Source of the DNA: Octopus bimaculoides
Lineage: Eukaryota
Direction of reading: 5' to 3'
Assembly (NCBI RefSeq): GCF_001194135.2
Contig: NC_068991.1
Span: 45,932,591-45,974,667, forward strand
Length of the DNA: 42,077 nt
The notes beneath the pieces were generated by a model. That model searched no databases and was not told where the DNA came from. It saw only the letters and a list, made by a program, of their open reading frames with translations. Shown piece by piece: positions 36,621-42,077 of the stretch. Both the position numbers and the translations under genes were made by a program. Within the stretch, counting starts at the first letter, position 1. The number at the start of each line of letters is the position of its first letter.

Positions 36621-36832
36621 TACATAAATAAATACCTGCATACATACATATATATATATATAATACAAATGATATATGAGCATAGGCATGTATACATGCA
36701 TATATATATACATACATACATACATACATATATACATACATACATACATACATACATGCATGCATGCGTACATACATGAAATGCATGCATGCATACATAC
36801 ATACAAATGAATATATATATATATATATATAT
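36620..36832. repeat. (CATA)n/(TA)n/(CATG)n microsatellite
   Basis: Direct inspection. Confidence 0.9.
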
Positions 36833-37298
36833 NNNNNNNNNNNNNNNNNNNNNNNNNNNNNNNNNNNNNNNNNNNNNNNNNNNNNNNNNNNNNNNNNNNN
36901 NNNNNNNNNNNNNNNNNNNNNNNNNNNNNNNNNNNNNNNNNNNNNNNNNNNNNNNNNNNNNNNNNNNNNNNNNNNNNNNNNNNNNNNNNNNNNNNNNNNN
37001 NNNNNNNNNNNNNNNNNNNNNNNNNNNNNNNNNNNNNNNNNNNNNNNNNNNNNNNNNNNNNNNNNNNNNNNNNNNNNNNNNNNNNNNNNNNNNNNNNNNN
37101 NNNNNNNNNNNNNNNNNNNNNNNNNNNNNNNNNNNNNNNNNNNNNNNNNNNNNNNNNNNNNNNNNNNNNNNNNNNNNNNNNNNNNNNNNNNNNNNNNNNN
37201 NNNNNNNNNNNNNNNNNNNNNNNNNNNNNNNNNNNNNNNNNNNNNNNNNNNNNNNNNNNNNNNNNNNNNNNNNNNNNNNNNNNNNNNNNNNNNNNNNN
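36833..37298. other. Assembly gap
   Basis: N run. Confidence 1.
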
Positions 37299-37399
37299 GA
37301 AAATGAGTGGAAAGCCTTAATAAACTATGTCTGCCAATGACTGACGACACTCATCTCCCGCCCCCTACTATTCATATTTCTGTGTTAAATTTTGAATAA

Positions 37400-37440
<41 letters not shown>

Positions 37441-37727
37441 CAAATAATATATATATATATACACACACAGAGTATATTGTTTGGGTTTTAGCGATATTAA
37501 TAACACTAATAACGTGGTATTAGAGCTTAATATAGATGTGTTGCAGAGTATATCTATAATACACACGCTTGTATGCCTTCACTTGCAAAGACAGATGGAT
37601 ACATACGCACTCATCTTCGAGAACCAATTTGCTTTGGCTTCGATCCTTTCTTTCTACCATATTATTCTATTATATACCATAGCACTGTATTATCGAGTGA
37701 TTATAACCTTGACAGTGATATGGCTTC

Positions 37728-37800
37728 TCATCGTCAGCTCAACACTGATTGAGAAGACTTATGATCAAAGCGATTCTACCCATGACAGCCTCGTCCTTCA
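37728..37800 (-). mobile_element. Repeat family E 3' fragment
   Basis: cagctcaacactgattgagaagacttatgatcaaagcgattctacccatgac. Confidence 0.5.
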
Positions 37801-38145
37801 TTCAAGCATAGTATATTTATGACTTCATTATATAATTTGTCTCGTTGTCTACTATTCTTTGGAGGCTGACTGAGCTGAAAAGACTCCCTCGTATGACTGT
37901 GTCAGTACTAATAGTGTTAGAGCTGTAAGTAAGGATAGAATGCCTTGTGGTGTTTATTCTCTCTCTTTCGCTCTCCACCTCTCTCTCTCCCCTCTCTCCC
38001 TCTCTCTCCCCCTCTCTCCCCCTTCCCCCTCTCTCTCTCTCTCTTCCCCTCTCTTCACCCTCTCTCACTTTCAAATCCCTTCGAAATCAACTTCATTCTT
38101 TCGGGGTGGTCGATAAATAATGTACCAATCAAATACTGGGATAGG

Positions 38146-38335
38146 TTCTTCTTCTTCTTCTTCTTCTTCTTCTTCTTCTTCTTCTTCTTCTTCTTCTTCT
38201 TCTTCTTCTTCTTCTTCTTCTTCTTCTTCTTCTTCTTCTTCTTCTTCTTTTTATTTTCTCTCTCTCTCTCTCTCTTTCTCTCTTTCTTTCTCTTTCTCTC
38301 TCTTTCTCTCTCTTTCTCTCTCTCTCTCTTTATCA

Positions 38336-38372
<37 letters not shown>

Positions 38373-38460
38373 ACCCCATCTTCTTTCTCCAGCTTTTCTC
38401 TCTTCCCCTTTTTCTCCCCACTCTCTCGCTTTCTCCTCTCTCTCACTCTTTCTCTCTACT
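38146..38460. repeat. (CTT)n then (CT)n pyrimidine tract
   Basis: Direct inspection. Confidence 0.95.
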
Positions 38461-38627
38461 CTGAACTGAAAAGACCGAGAGTGAGATAAAAGTTCCTGTT
38501 GTGATTTTAAAAAGTGTCCAGGATATGTTGTATGCCACGACGGCATCTCTATGACACTATAAAGAATTAGAAGTATAATTTAAGCTAATATTATCGTTGT
38601 AATCGCTGATGAGATTTTTTTCCTTCG

Positions 38628-39158
38628 AACAGCCCTGGTCGTGCGTACTTATAAGTAAAGACTTCCACTTGCGATCAACCCATCTTTTATTCAAACACGG
38701 CGTATGTAGGACAACAGTATTCAATGTGTACTTATTTGAAGATATTTGGAAGTGATTTGAATGAGATTTGACTGCTATTTCTAATAGGTCGTTATGAACA
38801 GTGACCTTTAAAGTGAGACCATCCACTCTTTTATTCCTTAATTCAAACATAGTGTATCTAGGACTGCTATTTCAAATATGTGCCTCTCATTTTCAGGACA
38901 TTGAAAATCGTTTAATGGCAATTTGAAAACTATTTCTTACAAGTCGAAGAATAGTTTAGAATGAGATTTGGTTGTTATTTCTAATAGGTCGTTATGTGCA
39001 GAGACCTTTGAAATGAGACCGTCGACTCTTTTATTCCCTTTATTCAAGCATATTGTATCTAGGACTGCTATTTCAAATATGTGCTTCTCATTTTCAGAAC
39101 ATTTAAAACGACTCAATGGATATTTGACTGCTACTTCTTGTAACCGAAAGGATAGTTC
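38628..39158 (-). repeat. Repeat family E with a ~200-bp tandemly repeated module
   Basis: Units start gaatgagatttg at 38759 and 38959 and share tgtatctaggactgctatttcaaatatgtgc. Confidence 0.8.
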
Positions 39159-39297
39159 CAGAGGCTTCCCTGCTCGATGGCTCGCAACCATAGTGCTAGT
39201 AAATGAGGAGGCGCTGATGCGTTGGTGTTATGCGGTTGGCTTACACATTCTCTAAATGCCTGTACCATCACGGCTCTCCTACACCCAATCATCATTG

Positions 39298-39351
<54 letters not shown>
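39298..39351. repeat. (CTA)n microsatellite
   Basis: Direct inspection. Confidence 0.95.
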
Positions 39352-39699
39352 ACACCAGACCCCAATCCTTTCAATGACGTACTCCCTACCCACAAATTTG
39401 CTTTCTTTTATTTATTACCGGTAGCCAACACATAACCGACTTTCCCCAGCACAACCACAGGATCACACAGCCACAGAGTTCATTCATTTCGCTGCTGTTC
39501 ATTACCAAATTGTTTGTTCTGTTGGACAGTTAGTTTAGTTGATTAGTCACCTTGGCTAATCGAAACGACGACGACAAAGATGGCGGTGATGGTTATGATA
39601 ATGATAATTAAAATAACGATGATTGTTCACATTTCTCAGCGGGAATTGATTGACCCAAGAATTCGCCGAATACCTTGGAGGAATGGAAGAAGTGTATAT

Positions 39700-39815
39700 C
39701 GGCATGGCATCACTGTGTATGTAATTAAGAAATTCGCTTCACATCCGCTTGGTTCCGGGATCGATCCCATTGCCCGGTACCTTTGTGCAAGAATCTCATA
39801 TCGCCTTCGGTTAAT
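39700..39815 (+). mobile_element. Highly degenerate SINE family A-like head
   Basis: cgcttggttccgggatcgatcccattgcccggtacctttgtgcaag. Confidence 0.45.
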
Positions 39816-39975
39816 TTGGCAGAAGTATTAAAGTATGTTATCACTATATATAAAAAGTAGTATTAAAGTATGTTATAATAGACATAAAAGGTACTATATT
39901 TTACTTTTGACCCAATATTCACACCCTATTATTAAGAGCTTCATATGCTTCGAGTTTTACCTTTCCAAAAAATGT

Positions 39976-40040
<65 letters not shown>

Positions 40041-40232
40041 TTATCTTTTACTTGTTTCAGTCTTTGGACTGCGACGATGCTGGGGCACCGACTTGAAAGG
40101 TTTAGTCGAAAAAATCGTGCCTCGTACTTATATTGTCGGCCTCTTTTACCAAACAACTAAGTTCCGAGAACGTAAACAGACCAACACCGATTCTCAAGTG
40201 ATAGCGGAGGAAAAGTATAAAAACACATGCAC
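40041..40232 (-). mobile_element. Degenerate SINE family A 3' half
   Basis: ttttacttgtttcagtctttggactgcgacgatgctggggcaccg is the reverse complement of the 25185-25230 tail. Confidence 0.7.
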
Positions 40233-40246
40233 GTATCCCCCACCCC

Positions 40247-40294
<48 letters not shown>

Positions 40295-40896
40295 NNNNNN
40301 NNNNNNNNNNNNNNNNNNNNNNNNNNNNNNNNNNNNNNNNNNNNNNNNNNNNNNNNNNNNNNNNNNNNNNNNNNNNNNNNNNNNNNNNNNNNNNNNNNNN
40401 NNNNNNNNNNNNNNNNNNNNNNNNNNNNNNNNNNNNNNNNNNNNNNNNNNNNNNNNNNNNNNNNNNNNNNNNNNNNNNNNNNNNNNNNNNNNNNNNNNNN
40501 NNNNNNNNNNNNNNNNNNNNNNNNNNNNNNNNNNNNNNNNNNNNNNNNNNNNNNNNNNNNNNNNNNNNNNNNNNNNNNNNNNNNNNNNNNNNNNNNNNNN
40601 NNNNNNNNNNNNNNNNNNNNNNNNNNNNNNNNNNNNNNNNNNNNNNNNNNNNNNNNNNNNNNNNNNNNNNNNNNNNNNNNNNNNNNNNNNNNNNNNNNNN
40701 NNNNNNNNNNNNNNNNNNNNNNNNNNNNNNNNNNNNNNNNNNNNNNNNNNNNNNNNNNNNNNNNNNNNNNNNNNNNNNNNNNNNNNNNNNNNNNNNNNNN
40801 NNNNNNNNNNNNNNNNNNNNNNNNNNNNNNNNNNNNNNNNNNNNNNNNNNNNNNNNNNNNNNNNNNNNNNNNNNNNNNNNNNNNNNNNNNNNNNNN
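40295..40896. other. Assembly gap
   Basis: N run following (TA)n. Confidence 1.
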
Positions 40897-40942
40897 AGCA
40901 TTTCGCCCGGCGTGCTAACGTTTTTGCCAGGTCTCCGCCTTA
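40897..40942 (-). mobile_element. SINE family B head, cut by the gap
   Basis: Minus strand taaggcggagacctggcaaaaacgttagcacgccgggcgaaatgct. Confidence 0.7.
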
Positions 40943-41161
40943 CTATACAAAATAATAAAATTTTTAAAAATGGTAGTGGTTGGTAGAATCGTTGGAGCGT
41001 TGTAAAAAAACCTCTTCGCAGTATTTAGTTCGGATCTTTATGTTTTGAGTTCAAATCACGCCTTTAATCCTGAAGAGGCTTTATCAGGTATGACCTGGAT
41101 ATCATCATCATCATCTGCAACGGCCTTGCAGCTTGCTGTCTTAATACGTAGATACACTGTA

Positions 41162-41533
41162 CAGGCATACCTCAACTTATGTCTGTAACCGGTTCCAGGA
41201 TATGCAACCTGAATCTCGAAATACGACGTAACACGAAAAAACATTTGGAAAACTGCATTAGCTTATATCTCTTTTAATAAATGATTTGTACATATTTTCA
41301 CATGCATTTTATTTCATTTTCTACTCCAGTACTGGATATTAGGTGATTTTTTTTTCTTATATTCTCGTGCTTTTAAATGTGTCTGCTGAATTGGACATAA
41401 AATAAAATAAATCGACTGCAATTGAGGTTTATTTTTCTCCATTAATTTCTTTAAAGAAAACAAAAAAACCACCGACATAAAATTCGAAACATCCGTAATT
41501 CGAAAACATCCATAATTCGAAATTGAGGTATCC
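41162..41533 (+). mobile_element. Tigger/pogo-like MITE (degenerate)
   Basis: TA + caggcatacctcaacttatg left end; ttgaggtatcc right end (atacctcaa/ttgaggtat inverted); left ~80 bp similar to 19372-19450. Confidence 0.55.
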
Positions 41534-41589
41534 AAAAAAAATAAATAAATAAAAAAATTTAAAAAAAAAGAGAAAAATTAAATTAAACT

Positions 41590-41668
41590 AAATGGTCATG
41601 GTTGGAATATCTTTTTATATAATAGGACTGCTTGGACAGAGCTGACCCATCGGGATAAACAGCACTTA
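41590..41668 (+). mobile_element. Repeat family E 3' fragment
   Basis: atggtcatggttggaatatcttt...ataggactgcttggacagagctgacc...gataaacagca. Confidence 0.5.
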
Positions 41669-42077
41669 AAATGAGTAGGAGAAACTTTGCAGCATGCAGC
41701 GATGGCATTCATCCGCCCATCCCGCTCTCCTACCGTAGGTTTCTCTCCCAACCACGTCAATTGAACCAATCAGTTAGGCAGTCATCCGTCCATCTTATTC
41801 ACCATCCATCATGTTATGCTGAACGTTTACCACTTTTCATTAGAATCAGTCTTTAATCCCTCTAACGCTATCTTCTACTGCATCCGCTCTAAACAGATTT
41901 CCTCCGTCTCGTTTCGCTTTTCTTTTGTTTTTTCCTTTTTTTTTTTATATTTCGGTTTTTTGGTTTTGTCTTGTTTTTTTTTGCAATCATCCTACTATCG
42001 TCACCCTCACTACTTCCACAAACACATCTTAACCACTTTATGGCAAAAACAAGAAAAAAAACCCAAAACAGTAAAAA

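Noticed and set aside
38606-38632. ctgatgag...ttcgaac as a hammerhead ribozyme core
   Set aside because: No stem II, and the GAAA element is missing.
38628-39158. Regularly spaced direct repeats as a CRISPR array
   Set aside because: Eukaryotic context, ~200-bp period, no unique spacers and no cas genes.
41740-41780. CCAAT box (aaccaatcag) and ccacgtca as a promoter
   Set aside because: Isolated short motifs with no downstream ORF or CpG/TSS context in the window.

Overview
Eukaryotic, AT-rich draft-assembly window with 7 N-gaps and very dense microsatellites. The repeat content (tRNA-headed SINEs, (TA)n/(AAT)n/(GAA)n/(GTT)n arrays) resembles an octopod cephalopod genome; this taxonomic call is inference, not a database result. 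I find no supportable host protein-coding gene, tRNA/rRNA gene or CRISPR array. Almost all ORFs in the six-frame track are microsatellite or gap artefacts. The only real coding remnants are a decayed mariner transposase (~11.0-11.7 kb) and two decayed R4/Dong-clade non-LTR retrotransposons (20.2-21.4 kb, internally deleted; 33.7-36.6 kb, retaining RT, CCHC and restriction-like endonuclease motifs). The rest is a mosaic of SINE-like families (labelled A, B, C1, C2, D and E for this report), small DNA-transposon MITEs and a ~500-bp foldback element. The most unusual unexplained signal is a ~55-bp TAATTA-containing motif present in about seven diverged copies, in both orientations, within 22.6-27.4 kb. 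The window most likely represents intergenic or large-intron DNA.
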